Below, one piece after another: positions 28,601 to 37,879 of a DNA stretch of 64,000 nucleotides. This stretch comes from a virus: IMG/VR virus record IMGVR_UViG_3300044614_001780, one strand, 5' to 3'. Within the stretch, counting starts at the first letter, position 1; each line of letters opens with the position of its first letter. Under the pieces are notes generated by a model. That model did no database searches, was not told the origin of the DNA, and worked only from the letters and a program-made list of their open reading frames with translations. The translations under genes and the position numbers were made by a program.

Positions 28601-30326
28601 AAAGGTATAGTTTATCTGCACTTACCGAATTTATTATCTTCAGTGAGTCTAGAGATAACCAAGTTACTTCATTCTCCTCTACTACTACTTCTCTTGGAGG
28701 TATAATATGAGTAATATATCCAGTATCATCTCTATCAAAAGATTCTGGTTTAAATCCAACAGATTCTAAGGAAGTATTACCAAAGTTTGAGTTGGAGTTT
28801 GTAATAGACATATCCGCACCAGACTCGGTAAGGAAATGTCTAGCAAAACCAATCGCAAATACAGAAACTGCCTGAATAAAAGCATTATTTGATGCTTTTA
28901 TGTGATAGTTTTCATATGATGGTTTATATATTGCTCTGGAATTTGTATGTAATGGTTTTTCTAGACTATTTGCTGGTAATGTAGTCTCATCATAGAAAAT
29001 ACCATCATCATAAAGAATAAATGCATTATTGTCTTTTTGTAGAGAAACACCAGTATATTGAGCAACAACTATAGACTTGAATCCAGTTGCTTTATTTCCA
29101 TCTGCATGAAGACCATTTAATCCAAAAACTGATCTAAGTGAACAGTTGAAGATATATGGTGAAGCAGAACTTACTGTATCTGAACCAATAGTTAATGATG
29201 CAGTGTCAATCTCATTTGTATTTGGTAGATATTCTGTAGGAGCAGAATTAGTTACAAATGTAAAAGTATTAATTCCTACAATTTCTTTTACAGTGAATGA
29301 ACCATTATATGAATTTGAATCAATAGTAACACCATTAATTAAGAATGGACTATCAACAAACAAGTTGTGAGGAACTGTTTCTCCAGTTTGTTTGTTTGAA
29401 GTAGTTACTGTGATTACATTTAGTTCTCCAGTACCATCACCGTTTCCTGCTCTAATGCTAGAAATACCAAGTGGATTTGGATCTAGGGAACCAACAATTC
29501 TAAATTCATCAACAGAAGGTTCAAAGTCATTTCCTATTGGGAAGTCTACCAATCCTCTTCCAGTTATATCACCATATGCTCTTGCGACCTTGTAATAATA
29601 CATATCAAGGTCTGTAATATAAGTTTGGTAATTACCAAGTTTCACATTGTTCACACCATCCGCATATTCAAAAGCGGTAAGTTTGTGGTGAGAATAATTT
29701 GGTACGACTTTTGCTGATGTATAATCTCTGAATACACTCTTTGTTAGATCACCATCAAAAATACTAAAAGCAGTGAAATAGCATGTTCCAGTAACATTGA
29801 AAATGCTGGTTGAATCAACCGTGTTGTCCTCTGGGTTTGGAACAAATAATGGACGAATTTTGGTTTTTCTTAAGTCCAGACCAATAATTGATGTTCCACG
29901 AGGAAGTATCGCACCACCCAAAACGGAATTATACTTATATAAATCGTTATTTGGATCTAGGACATCAAAATTTGTAGAAAGACCAAATTGATCTAAAGTT
30001 GTTTCTTGCCAAGTTGTTGGACTTACTTTTCTTTTATAAACGGCAGTTCCGTTAATTTCTTCAATAGAATAACCAGGTCTGTTGTCAATATAATGTGTTC
30101 CAGGATAAACTAGAATGGTTGTTCTATCAATCCTATCGTTGTTCTGACCTTGTTGATATGAAAATCTTGCTGCTTCAATTAATGCTCTTTGAATAGTTTT
30201 GAATGGTCTAGATAAAGAGTTTCCTTGGTTCTCAAAACTATCAGTAGCATCAAAATCTGATGGGTTTACGTAAAGGATATTACCTTCAGCATTTTTGAGA
30301 AAATTCTCTAACCTGGAAAGAGGCAT
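22602..30326 (-). CDS. Large virion/tail-fibre protein (2574 aa) with C-terminal collar domain and HxH tip
   Basis: MPLSRLENFLKNAEGNILYV N-terminus, RPFKTIQRAL, VGI-type repeats, collar GYLVCNG...LPDLR, HxH repeats. Confidence 0.85.
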   Translation of the reverse strand: MPLSRLENFLKNAEGNILYVNPSDFDATDSFENQGNSLSRPFKTIQRALIEAARFSYQQGQNNDRIDRTTILVYPGTHYIDNRPGYSIEEINGTAVYKRKVSPTTWQETTLDQFGLSTNFDVLDPNNDLYKYNSVLGGAILPRGTSIIGLDLRKTKIRPLFVPNPEDNTVDSTSIFNVTGTCYFTAFSIFDGDLTKSVFRDYTSAKVVPNYSHHKLTAFEYADGVNNVKLGNYQTYITDLDMYYYKVARAYGDITGRGLVDFPIGNDFEPSVDEFRIVGSLDPNPLGISSIRAGNGDGTGELNVITVTTSNKQTGETVPHNLFVDSPFLINGVTIDSNSYNGSFTVKEIVGINTFTFVTNSAPTEYLPNTNEIDTASLTIGSDTVSSASPYIFNCSLRSVFGLNGLHADGNKATGFKSIVVAQYTGVSLQKDNNAFILYDDGIFYDETTLPANSLEKPLHTNSRAIYKPSYENYHIKASNNAFIQAVSVFAIGFARHFLTESGADMSITNSNSNFGNTSLESVGFKPESFDRDDTGYITHIIPPREVVVEENEVTWLSLDSLKIINSVSADKLYLYGANNVEIVPAFQVDGYRIGARDNDKLYLTITIGTAQTTYSSPVLMPVSGGVGTSAKKEYEVTRINGQNNIVNNILSFTTNHQLINGEKIRIVSDTGQTPDGVENEGIYYAITTGIGANQIKLAQSLNDAIANIPILGLSNTGGVLTVVSRVSDKLPGEIGHPIQFDESENNWYVTGSTNPTQNEIYSAIVGIGTVVIGTETSSTFIKRKLDNRSIDDKIYKIRYVIPKDYESAKQPEAGYVIQESKTVGVTSISYTNDPLLSSKDLRNERVIIDASAGTVINYNQVVTITTELPHGLIAGDTVKIQKVRSTNNPNATGIVSSYNGIYSVESILSSKQFQYTISGVSTNPGTFSNDINARNTRQQREALPVFSRDSYKNTYFIYRVSQIKRHIPGADGQDGIYHLICLSSNVAPTSNVGFGLNKKQFNQDVKNLYPQLDRDNFDTNPKASVSYAELQTLGKIVTSDKRHSITREALNYFAKNSKVGYGLTYVALSGVGNTTITVNTDVQHNLNSIKSITFTSGSGYPASQTLYSKQLFPVISSGNGATVKVTTDPSGNISNVELLDPGSSYRVNDTLSIPGGSTASVVTVTAINDNSNSVIELNGFPQEELNNAFKIISIPDSNSVVLGAPTGISTYEPNTNGELPYLVVSGESCGITSSVISDVRTGIITYTTASPHGLLPGNKVRIVQTGSNILNGEFVVREAVGINTFSVVSYGLTQTAYSSSGVVLRRTLSPNARNIGRGEENLGSRGSTIYDKITVYTNQLFDGNSNTISFTDPTAVRRGDYYQVNSEIIRIASSSNPFTVLRGQFGTFKTTAPIGSAARKIKILPVEVRRPSFMRASGHTFEYLGFGPGNYSTGMPQRQNRILSEDEVLTSQAKEQRGGSVVYTGMNDLGEFFSGSKKLSSATGEESVIEAPILTYTGDDSQGESATVSSGIFDELLVRQRLTVEGGENNNQASQFYGPVNFTQKVTNLSDFGIETKNLLLKGTAAQSKLITVGISTPTSLTLSAPRSGDISLLSNPSSYIGHVRVNNEWRPFGVISRQPDTLDVRVDKLHVNTVADSSFNFEVRGESKVQNLIVDGQVVFTQPQSLGNVTFQNATVQRTAIFTGTGLDPISGLTSSYTQIHLAGISLLNDLEVTGISTFAGRVDFNSNIFGIGAKFGNIRIGVRDDNTIDTVIGDLTIDSDSGTTRIIDNLVVDGNKIELNTGNSVSIGGTITTRINNSRVFDIGIGNTDGSTSVILHGDDRTYQNGGLVIRKNDLASGEGTDIIHRGLSKLNINAFDAGGQVSILTSNIERVLVGSSGTVTVFQNNSGTELKGNHFKLTQAGSGDVVMSWDITNNNANRRWYAGIDASDSYAWKLANPEATLAYGLENFENPLETKLRIASNGDTTIAGTLTLGGNSLATVSPTFSLLNNNAVIINAFQAATTLSMGSNAANATVTIRGTTQSNSTGTGALVVGGGVGIAGNLYVGGYHGNTSIQGTLSATGDTTLGGTLSLASNAAIGGNLRVAGITTITQGLLVGGDFDLTGSADADGDIFGRSFIKKNPGAPTNFLRANGTDSILTGQDFINSLGFIPGPPITVSTYPVGNSIILDDISGAFDGTTITFNLTRDGGTPFVPVGPINLIVSLGGVIQKGNTDYLIPTNVDGAYTSTIRFTTAPSAGLGCFIIALGGQGALLSDPAWDRKGQIPIGIRDNTAVMQEVGANGTVLTADSSSQTGVGWKSIPPGVPTGSVFYFATAAAPDGYLVCNGDLVPNGTGTVQGVTANFAPLYTMLATTYGAAGKLPDLRNYFTAGSGNSYPIGSTGGANTVSLTTDQLPSHSHSANSSDAGGHSHAGSSTSNAGDHTHSGSSTSAGDHSHSGSSSSAGDHSHSGSTSSAGSHNHNYQRPSDKSSTQPGGGPGKWTSTNGDGTGNAGDHSHSMSLNPAGNHSHTMSLNPGGSHSHNMSLNPSGGHSHSVSIDAVTGHTHTITVSSTGSGSAHENRPPYVALLPVIKY
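22690..23135 (-). repeat. Tandem 39-nt (13-aa) repeats encoding GxHSH motifs
   Basis: SSSAGDHSHSGSS and LNPAGNHSHTMS units. Confidence 0.85.
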
Positions 30327-30385
30327 TTTATAACTACAGTAACTTAATCTTAAGTTATTTAGCTACCAAAAAAATATTACTACCT

Positions 30386-30649
30386 CTAGTCACAGGGAAG
30401 TTCTTCTGGATTTTCTAAGTCCAATTCAAACATTAATGGATGGCATTCTTCCATAATTAAATAATTTGACCAATAATATAAATCTTCTGCAGTATAATCA
30501 AGGTTGCCCTCTGCCTCTACTTGAATATACGGGTCATCTTGCATTACTGTGGGAATATCATCAAATGTGAAAGGAATTCCTTGGATAAAATACATATCCA
30601 CTATTACCCCTTCATGATAGCAATAGTTTGAGGATATTTTGTATTTCAT
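30386..30649 (-). CDS. Hypothetical cyanophage protein
   Basis: MKYKISSNYC...YFIQGIPFTFDD. Confidence 0.65.
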   Translation of the reverse strand: MKYKISSNYCYHEGVIVDMYFIQGIPFTFDDIPTVMQDDPYIQVEAEGNLDYTAEDLYYWSNYLIMEECHPLMFELDLENPEELPCD

Positions 30650-30696
30650 GATACATCCCACTACAATGTATTTATTTTGAAATTAATACTAAAATA

Positions 30697-30900
30697 TTAA
30701 TTCACATATGTTGGTGGATGGTATTTCAAATATTCAAGAAATGTCATTTTCATTTCTTTTTGTGTCATTCCACAATGTTTTGCCGCAGCTGGCAAAGTCA
30801 TTTTTGAACAGAATAGGGATTCGTTGGCTTCTTTTACGTTTTGCGGGGTTGTTTTCACAGGAATATCTTTAAGGGTTGAATACTCAGATTTTTTATTCAT
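30697..30900 (-). CDS. Hypothetical HTH-like protein
   Basis: KTTPQNVKEANE...MTLPAAAKHCGMTQKEMK. Confidence 0.65.
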   Translation of the reverse strand: MNKKSEYSTLKDIPVKTTPQNVKEANESLFCSKMTLPAAAKHCGMTQKEMKMTFLEYLKYHPPTYVN

Positions 30901-31063
30901 ACACAAGTTCTCCCCTGAGTTCTGCAAGTTTTGCTTCTGCAAGACATTGAACACATGTCCAATATGTTTCTCCACTTATTGGGAAATGCTCCTCAGTAAA
31001 ATGAGATGCGATGTCCTCTTGAATCCCTCGCAATTCGTTAAGACTATCCCTTGAAATTTTCAT
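30893..31063 (-). CDS. Small early protein (56 aa, not in ORF track)
   Basis: MKISRDSLNELRGIQEDIASHFTEEHFPISGETYWTCVQCLAEAKLAELRGELVYE, directly after a promoter. Confidence 0.7.
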   Translation of the reverse strand: MKISRDSLNELRGIQEDIASHFTEEHFPISGETYWTCVQCLAEAKLAELRGELVYE

Positions 31064-31091
31064 TGGTTGGTGGTGCTTTCAATCTCTTATT

Positions 31092-31147
31092 ATGATAGCA
31101 CCATTCCCCAGCAAAGTCAAGATGGAGTGGACAGTATTTTAATTGGC
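31092..31147 (-). promoter_or_regulatory. Early promoter with upstream palindromic box
   Basis: GCCAAT-N6-ACTGTCCAC; TTGACT-17-TATCAT. Confidence 0.75.
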
Positions 31148-31708
31148 AAAATATGTTACGGTCTCTGCTAAAAAGTCTACAATAACTCTTGAGTGTCGTT
31201 GTCCATCAGTTTCAACGTTTGATGATTGGAAATCAATTTGTCTTCTAATTGATTTAGATGCTGGGAATGTATTGGTTGCTGTTGGGTTGCTAAAAGTGTG
31301 TGTGGTATTGTTTAAAACCATTTGACCACCTTGATATGCATCCATACTCACAATAACTTCCGATCCAATAACTGCGTTCCAAAAACATCTCAAATCAAAT
31401 GTAAATGATGTTGCAGATGGAAATGCCTGCAGAAATCTTGTTTTATCTAGATAGATTGATTCAACACCAACTCCTGTATTATCTCCTCCCCAATATGCAA
31501 ATGTTATACCACTTTTACTAATAACATTATCTCTACCCCATCCTAAAACTGCAGAAGTACCAGTTGGACTCAATAGTGATGCCCTTATATCTAAGTCAGC
31601 ACCAGTTGTTACCAGATAGTTGAATACAAAAAATGTTCCATATGTTACCCCTGGGTCACGAAATTCCCCAGAACGAAATGCTTTTGCAACACCAAATGAA
31701 TTAGGCAT
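31139..31708 (-). CDS. Putative virion-associated protein
   Basis: In the fibre operon; DLD...WGGDNTGVGVESI motif. Confidence 0.6.
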   Translation of the reverse strand: MPNSFGVAKAFRSGEFRDPGVTYGTFFVFNYLVTTGADLDIRASLLSPTGTSAVLGWGRDNVISKSGITFAYWGGDNTGVGVESIYLDKTRFLQAFPSATSFTFDLRCFWNAVIGSEVIVSMDAYQGGQMVLNNTTHTFSNPTATNTFPASKSIRRQIDFQSSNVETDGQRHSRVIVDFLAETVTYFAN

Positions 31709-31723
31709 AATTTATTAAAAATA

Positions 31724-34087
31724 TTAACTAAAGTTGAGAGCAGAGGAACCATAGACTCTTATAGTTCCAGTTGAATCAGTTGCAATTGTGAAACTTAGAA
31801 TATCTTCGTTGTTAGTTGGAAGAGGTGCAATACCACCACCCCATCTAACACCTCCAGTGATATTAGTTCCGTTTACTGTGCAAGTTTCACCATATCCCAA
31901 AAGTGAGTCAGAGTCTATAATCAATGTTACTGTGGTTGCCTTTGATGCTTCGGTATTGACTCCAGTGAATGCCCAAGTAGAAACTGCTTCTGTTAATACT
32001 CCAACAATTACAGTTCCAGCATTGACATTGATATTCATTACTCCACTTGTAGATGGAATATTTGTTCCAAAAGTACTGGATATTTTTTCTGTAATTGAAC
32101 CTTCAAAATGGGTGATTCCATTAAGTCTTCCTTCACCGACAAGTTCAAAAGATGATCTTGGAAGAGTTGTTCCTATTCCAACTCTTCCTGTGCTATCGGC
32201 AATAGAAACAATAGTACCAGCAGTTCCGACATGAATTAGTTTAGATGTTATAACTCCAACGTTTAAGAATCCATCATTTATAAATGTAATTCCATCTAAG
32301 AATGTATTTCCTTTTACTGTGAACTTATGATTTAACGCACTAGTACCAACACCAACATTTCCGCTCAATCTCCAAATGTTGCTATTTAATTCATTAATTG
32401 CCCATCTTGATGCAACATAAAGGTCACCATTTTGATATAATGTTCCAGTGAAGTTTATATCTCCAAGAACATCAACATTGAATGCTGGTGAAGTGCTTCC
32501 TATTCCTAGATTATTTGTTGATGAGTTATATACAAGACCATTAGTATCTACATTCAAATAACCAACATCAGAACTAGACGATGAGAAAGTTAGATATTGA
32601 TTAATGTTTGTATTATCATTTGTTAAGTAAATAGATTGTGCTGCACCAACAGTCACTGCATCTGGGGCACCCCAGACAGGAGGATTTGGTCCTTGTGAAA
32701 TCAATACTTGACCAGTAATACCTCTACCATTACTTACATAAACTAAATCACTAACTTTAAAGTCTCCTTCAACATGAAGTTTATGTCCAGGTGTTGTTCC
32801 TAGTCCAACCCCATTTGCTATAGAATCTACAATTAGGGTATTTGTGTCAACTGTTAAACTTCCACCAATAGAAACATTGGATGTTGTGGTTACTGTGTTT
32901 GTATAAACACTTCCAGTTGATGTTAGACCAGAAACTGTTGCATTTGTTGCAAAGAAGTTTGCTATTGTTCCTGCAGTAGAAACATTTGCATACTTTGTTT
33001 TTAAGTCATTAGTTGTTGTTATGCCAGAAATAAATGCATCTGCACCCTTTAAAGAAGTTATTTGGGAATTAGTTGCATATATTGTCCCTATAGTTGCAAT
33101 TCCAATAGTTGCAATTCCAGTAACAACGACATTTGTTGCGGCAAGTCCAACTGTTGTTGTAACTCCAGTTACATTTACACCAGTTGCTTGAATATATCCA
33201 AAAGTTGAAATTCCACTTACAGACAAACTTGCTAAACTAGAACCACCACCAATTTGTAGTCCACCATTAGCAATTACAAGTCCATTAAATGTTGATACTC
33301 CACTTACAATTAAATCTGTAAAAGTATTGGGGGCATTTGCAATTGCTGCTTCTATTGTTGCTGTGGTTGTTGCATCAAGAGAAGCAATATTTCTTAATTG
33401 TCTATTTGAACTTATTACTTCTGTACTTCCAATCGATAGTCTATTTACTGATGCTAAATCATTAATAAGAATTGTATTGGATGTTACGGAACTAGAAAAT
33501 AATGTTGTTAATGTAGATACTCCAGTTGCTCTAATTGCACCAGAAACATCTAATGAAACGCCAGGAAGTGTTGAACCAATTCCCACTCTATTTGTAGAAT
33601 AATCAAATACAAAGTTAGAAGAACCAGCTAGTTGATTATCTGCTCCATGATATTGGACATTTCTTAATGTTCCAGCAGCAGGAGAAGTAATTCTTACAGT
33701 TGCAACTCCAGTTTGTTCCCCTGGGTCACCACTGACAAAATCAACAGAAACTCCAGGACCAATAAAGTTAAGAGTCGTAAAACTACTTGCCGCACCAACT
33801 AGAACATTTTCATCTCTAATTGTAAATGCTCCAGGTATAACACCCAAACCAAGACCAGAAAGTGCAGATGGTGGGACCCAATATCTATCAGATTTATCAG
33901 TTTGAGCAAAAGATGCAAGAATATATGCACCACCATTTGGATATGGCTTTGCACCAATCGAGGATGGTCCAACTAATGGATTTCCTAAATCTGGTTCTGT
34001 TTGGTCTAACGACAGATAATCATATCTGGTTGAGGATAAACCAACACCAAACTTCTTCTTAACTCTATTACTTAAATAATCAGCCAT
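31724..34087 (-). CDS. Tail-fibre-like structural protein
   Basis: Repeated VGIGST/VSGVST motifs; G/T/S/V-rich. Confidence 0.8.
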   Translation of the reverse strand: MADYLSNRVKKKFGVGLSSTRYDYLSLDQTEPDLGNPLVGPSSIGAKPYPNGGAYILASFAQTDKSDRYWVPPSALSGLGLGVIPGAFTIRDENVLVGAASSFTTLNFIGPGVSVDFVSGDPGEQTGVATVRITSPAAGTLRNVQYHGADNQLAGSSNFVFDYSTNRVGIGSTLPGVSLDVSGAIRATGVSTLTTLFSSSVTSNTILINDLASVNRLSIGSTEVISSNRQLRNIASLDATTTATIEAAIANAPNTFTDLIVSGVSTFNGLVIANGGLQIGGGSSLASLSVSGISTFGYIQATGVNVTGVTTTVGLAATNVVVTGIATIGIATIGTIYATNSQITSLKGADAFISGITTTNDLKTKYANVSTAGTIANFFATNATVSGLTSTGSVYTNTVTTTSNVSIGGSLTVDTNTLIVDSIANGVGLGTTPGHKLHVEGDFKVSDLVYVSNGRGITGQVLISQGPNPPVWGAPDAVTVGAAQSIYLTNDNTNINQYLTFSSSSSDVGYLNVDTNGLVYNSSTNNLGIGSTSPAFNVDVLGDINFTGTLYQNGDLYVASRWAINELNSNIWRLSGNVGVGTSALNHKFTVKGNTFLDGITFINDGFLNVGVITSKLIHVGTAGTIVSIADSTGRVGIGTTLPRSSFELVGEGRLNGITHFEGSITEKISSTFGTNIPSTSGVMNINVNAGTVIVGVLTEAVSTWAFTGVNTEASKATTVTLIIDSDSLLGYGETCTVNGTNITGGVRWGGGIAPLPTNNEDILSFTIATDSTGTIRVYGSSALNFS

Positions 34088-34093
34088 TTCTTA

Positions 34094-34450
34094 TTACTGG
34101 TTAAATGTTTCAAGGATGCTGGAAAGGAATTTCAAATCTGCATTTGAACTTCCGCTTATGGAAATGGTATCACCAGTTTCTATAACTAATTTTCCAGAGA
34201 GTAAATTCGCAGTATCATTTGCTGGAATTGGATAATCTTTTAGAATCTCGGTAGTAACTGTGCCAAAACCAATAGTAGTTCTATTGTGATATAAACTTAA
34301 TGTCTGTTCAGTATTTCCAACATTTGCACATTGTGCTAGCAAAATAACACCAACAAAACCAACTGGTGACTCATAAATTGTTTCTGTAGTTAAACCTACT
34401 ACTTTAGTTACAGTTCTAAAATTATTAACTGCTGCGGCTGCTACTGCCAT
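34094..34450 (-). CDS. Small virion structural protein
   Basis: Between fibre genes; GKLVIETGD...SILET. Confidence 0.7.
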   Translation of the reverse strand: MAVAAAAVNNFRTVTKVVGLTTETIYESPVGFVGVILLAQCANVGNTEQTLSLYHNRTTIGFGTVTTEILKDYPIPANDTANLLSGKLVIETGDTISISGSSNADLKFLSSILETFNQ

Positions 34451-34468
34451 TTTTTAAGTTCCTCCTAA

Positions 34469-37400
34469 TTATGAGAGTGCAAGAATGAATGGTGTCATTG
34501 TTGTGAACAATGCTTTTGTAAAGTCTCTACCAGAGACGGCACCAGTTGCTTGATTTATTGTTACTCCATCACCAATTCTAAAGTTACCTGCTTGGTCGGT
34601 GCTTGTATAAACAACATCACCACCATCCAATTTAACAACTTCATTTTCTTGAATAGTTACTCCACCAAGTGCTGGTTTTGCTTTTAGAATTTCCGTGCCA
34701 GAACCAATAAATTCAAAGGCATGGGAAGAAGCAAGTTGTAAACTCAATCTAGAAAAATATGCAGTTGTTCCAGTACTTACTGTATTATTTAGATTCTGTG
34801 CAAGAGTGACTGTTGTAATTCCTGCAGATGGGAGAGTTGATTCAAGAACACGATAATAAATTGGATCAATTCTTGAAACTTCTGCGGTAGCAGTAGTTCC
34901 AGAATCTGGTGATTGAATGGTTATATTTGGAGCGGAAGCATATTGACTACCCGCAGTAACAATAGTAACAGAAGTTACGGAACCATTTTCAACTGTTGCT
35001 GATGCTTGAGCAGTAATTCCATTTGGTCCCGTTGGAGTATCAATAGTAACTCTAGGAACTGCAGTATATCCAGAGCCACCATCAGTAATTCTTACTTCTT
35101 GAACAGAATAGTATAGTTTATCAAAATAAACTACTTGTCCGTCATATGGTCTATAACTTCCTATGCCAGATATAATAATTTCATTTTGTCCATTAGTTAC
35201 TGTAGTTGTTGCAGCACCAGTTAATGTATAGATTGATTTTGTACTATTGTCCCCAACTCCAATTGAAACTAATCCTCTATTTCCAAATGAAGAGTTTGAG
35301 TTTGTAATATCACACTGACCACCAGATTCGGTATAAATTGCAGTATCACAGCAAATAGTAAAAATAGAAACTAACTGTGCATAAGCACCATTGGTAATAG
35401 AAACTCCAATACCACCTTGATTGTACTGGGTATATGAGTCAACAGACATTGACCCAGTTACACCAACATCATCTTGGTCTCCTGGTTCTGCTGTAAATCC
35501 ATCTACTTTCATACCAATACTCTTTGGAATGAAATTAGTACAGTTTCTAATGTATGGTCCCTGTAAAATTGGACCGACACCTGGAGAGAATGATGGATGA
35601 TTTGGAATTGTAGTTCCTGCTCCTGCATTTCCAGGATAAGTAGTATTAATTCCAACACCTAAGATTGTCGTACCTGCCCCAATAATTGTAGTAACAATAC
35701 CAGCACAAGTATGGACTGCTGACAATACATTTGCACAAGATGCGATATCTTTATTTGAACCAGTTGCTGGGTCTGGTAAAATCCCCAAATCTTTAACTTG
35801 TGTGACTTGGGATTGATGATTTCCTGTCCAAGAGACATTATTAACACAAGAAAATGCAATGCCAACTGCATATTTAATCGTATCTATTGTTGCTTGTCTT
35901 ACACTGTATCCATTTACATCAGTTCCAGTGATGTGTTGAAGTGCTCCAGTATTGTTAAAGTAAGTTTTTGCTGCACCAACAGATTTTGAGTTTCCACCTC
36001 TAGTAATGTCATAGCATATTGCTTTGAAAATATCTTTAATGTCATCACTACAGTCTCTTGCATTTCCTGTAGGTACAACAAATGCTGGAGATTTATATGC
36101 AGTACTTGTTAAATAACCAACTGCCTCACCTGCAATATAATCAAGATTCATTCTGATGAGTCTTGCTGCATCAAAAAATCTGTTGCTAGAAACTCCAACC
36201 AAAGGTTGGAATGCAACTACTGCAGCACCATTTGTTGAATCTGGACCAACAAAACTCAAGTCAGTAATGTGTACCGCATTATTAACATGGAATAAATCTT
36301 TATCTGGATTTAATGGTCTAACTTGACAGTTTCTTAGTTCTGCCCCCTCTACGGCAACATTTTTTCCAAGTATAATTGGATTATTCTCTGCATAATATCC
36401 AGGGAAAACTTTAATAGTATCTCCAGGTAGTGCTATTGCTGCTGCTGCCTTTATAGATGCCTTTGAGTCATTTTCTGTCAATCCACTATTTGAATCATTT
36501 CCATTTTGTGTGACAAAAATTGTTTTTCCAATTGGTTTATATGCATCAATTCTAACACTACCTTTGCCATTTCCTGGTGTAATTGTAACTCCAATTCCAG
36601 GAATAATAGTAGTTACAATACCAGAAAGTTGAGAACCAGAACCTAAGAATGTTGCTGCATTTATGGTTTGGAATGTTGCACCACCAGAAACATTAACATT
36701 AGTAAGTGAAGTAATTCCTGCTACAGTTACATCTTGGAATGTACTTAATCCTGTTACATTAATGCTCGTTAATGCATTTAATCCAAGGTCTGCCCTAAAT
36801 GATGCAGCAGTTGTGGAATCAATACCAGTTAGGTTTTGAAGTTGTCTTGCACTACTAAGGATTTGTGTTGAACCAACACTAACTGAAGATACAGTTGTTA
36901 CTCCAGTTATATTTGCTCTTGTTGCTGTTAAATTTGTAATGTTTGCTGTTACTTGAGTTGATACTCCAGTAACATTTAATCTGTTTAACGTTGTTTGATT
37001 TAATACCCTTGTATCATCAAATGTACTCAATCCAACGACTGTTAAATCATTTAAAACATCCAATCCCAAAGAAACTTCAATTGTATTTCTTGTAGTTGCA
37101 TCAATCGAAGTAACACCTTCAAGAGTTGGAATTTTTGCAACCAATGCAAATAAGTTGTTAGTTGTAGTTAAACCAACATTCCTCAATACTCCACGAACAT
37201 CTAAGTTTGCTAATGGAATGCTGGTTCCAATTCCAACATAATTTAATGCTGGGTTATAGACAAGACCTTCTGGATTTACAAATGCACTGGTGTCACTATC
37301 AAAATTCTTTGTATAAGTTAAAAATTGAACCTGATTATCTGTCTGCCTGTTTATAGTTAATGATGCAGCAGCACCAACTGCTTGATATGCTGTACCAGTA

Positions 37401-37834
37401 ATATCAATGTTATAAACACCACTAAGTCGTGCAGAAGGAAGAATACCTCCAGTTATATTTGATGCACTAGTAAGTGAGTTGGAAGTTGCTGCAGTACCAG
37501 TGATATTAATATCATAGTTACCTGACAATCTCTCTCTTGGAACTGTTCCACTGAGAATGTTTGTTGCATTGTTTAAAACATTTGCAGTTGAAACACCAAT
37601 AGGATAGAATCCACTAAGTCTATCTGGATTAATTGTTCCAGATAAAATATTTGCACCACTAAAAAGAAAAGTTGAAGTAGTAGCAGATCCAGCTAAATTT
37701 CCAATAAATTGATTGGCAGTAATTGTCGATGCTCCAACAATACTATTTCCCAACAAACTTAGATTGTCATTAGCTGCCAATTCCTCTATTTGATTAGACG
37801 TTGGATTGGCAATTAAGGGATATCTGTCTGCCAT
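34469..37834 (-). CDS. Tail-fibre/tailspike-like protein with beta-helix region
   Basis: MADRYPLI, GTINPDRLSG repeats, FVTQNGNDSNSG...ASIKAA, PYIRNCT. Confidence 0.8.
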   Translation of the reverse strand: MADRYPLIANPTSNQIEELAANDNLSLLGNSIVGASTITANQFIGNLAGSATTSTFLFSGANILSGTINPDRLSGFYPIGVSTANVLNNATNILSGTVPRERLSGNYDINITGTAATSNSLTSASNITGGILPSARLSGVYNIDITGTAYQAVGAAASLTINRQTDNQVQFLTYTKNFDSDTSAFVNPEGLVYNPALNYVGIGTSIPLANLDVRGVLRNVGLTTTNNLFALVAKIPTLEGVTSIDATTRNTIEVSLGLDVLNDLTVVGLSTFDDTRVLNQTTLNRLNVTGVSTQVTANITNLTATRANITGVTTVSSVSVGSTQILSSARQLQNLTGIDSTTAASFRADLGLNALTSINVTGLSTFQDVTVAGITSLTNVNVSGGATFQTINAATFLGSGSQLSGIVTTIIPGIGVTITPGNGKGSVRIDAYKPIGKTIFVTQNGNDSNSGLTENDSKASIKAAAAIALPGDTIKVFPGYYAENNPIILGKNVAVEGAELRNCQVRPLNPDKDLFHVNNAVHITDLSFVGPDSTNGAAVVAFQPLVGVSSNRFFDAARLIRMNLDYIAGEAVGYLTSTAYKSPAFVVPTGNARDCSDDIKDIFKAICYDITRGGNSKSVGAAKTYFNNTGALQHITGTDVNGYSVRQATIDTIKYAVGIAFSCVNNVSWTGNHQSQVTQVKDLGILPDPATGSNKDIASCANVLSAVHTCAGIVTTIIGAGTTILGVGINTTYPGNAGAGTTIPNHPSFSPGVGPILQGPYIRNCTNFIPKSIGMKVDGFTAEPGDQDDVGVTGSMSVDSYTQYNQGGIGVSITNGAYAQLVSIFTICCDTAIYTESGGQCDITNSNSSFGNRGLVSIGVGDNSTKSIYTLTGAATTTVTNGQNEIIISGIGSYRPYDGQVVYFDKLYYSVQEVRITDGGSGYTAVPRVTIDTPTGPNGITAQASATVENGSVTSVTIVTAGSQYASAPNITIQSPDSGTTATAEVSRIDPIYYRVLESTLPSAGITTVTLAQNLNNTVSTGTTAYFSRLSLQLASSHAFEFIGSGTEILKAKPALGGVTIQENEVVKLDGGDVVYTSTDQAGNFRIGDGVTINQATGAVSGRDFTKALFTTMTPFILALS

Positions 37835-37879
37835 TAGTTATTTGTATACTTTTTGTTCTTATAATATATAGGAAGCCTT

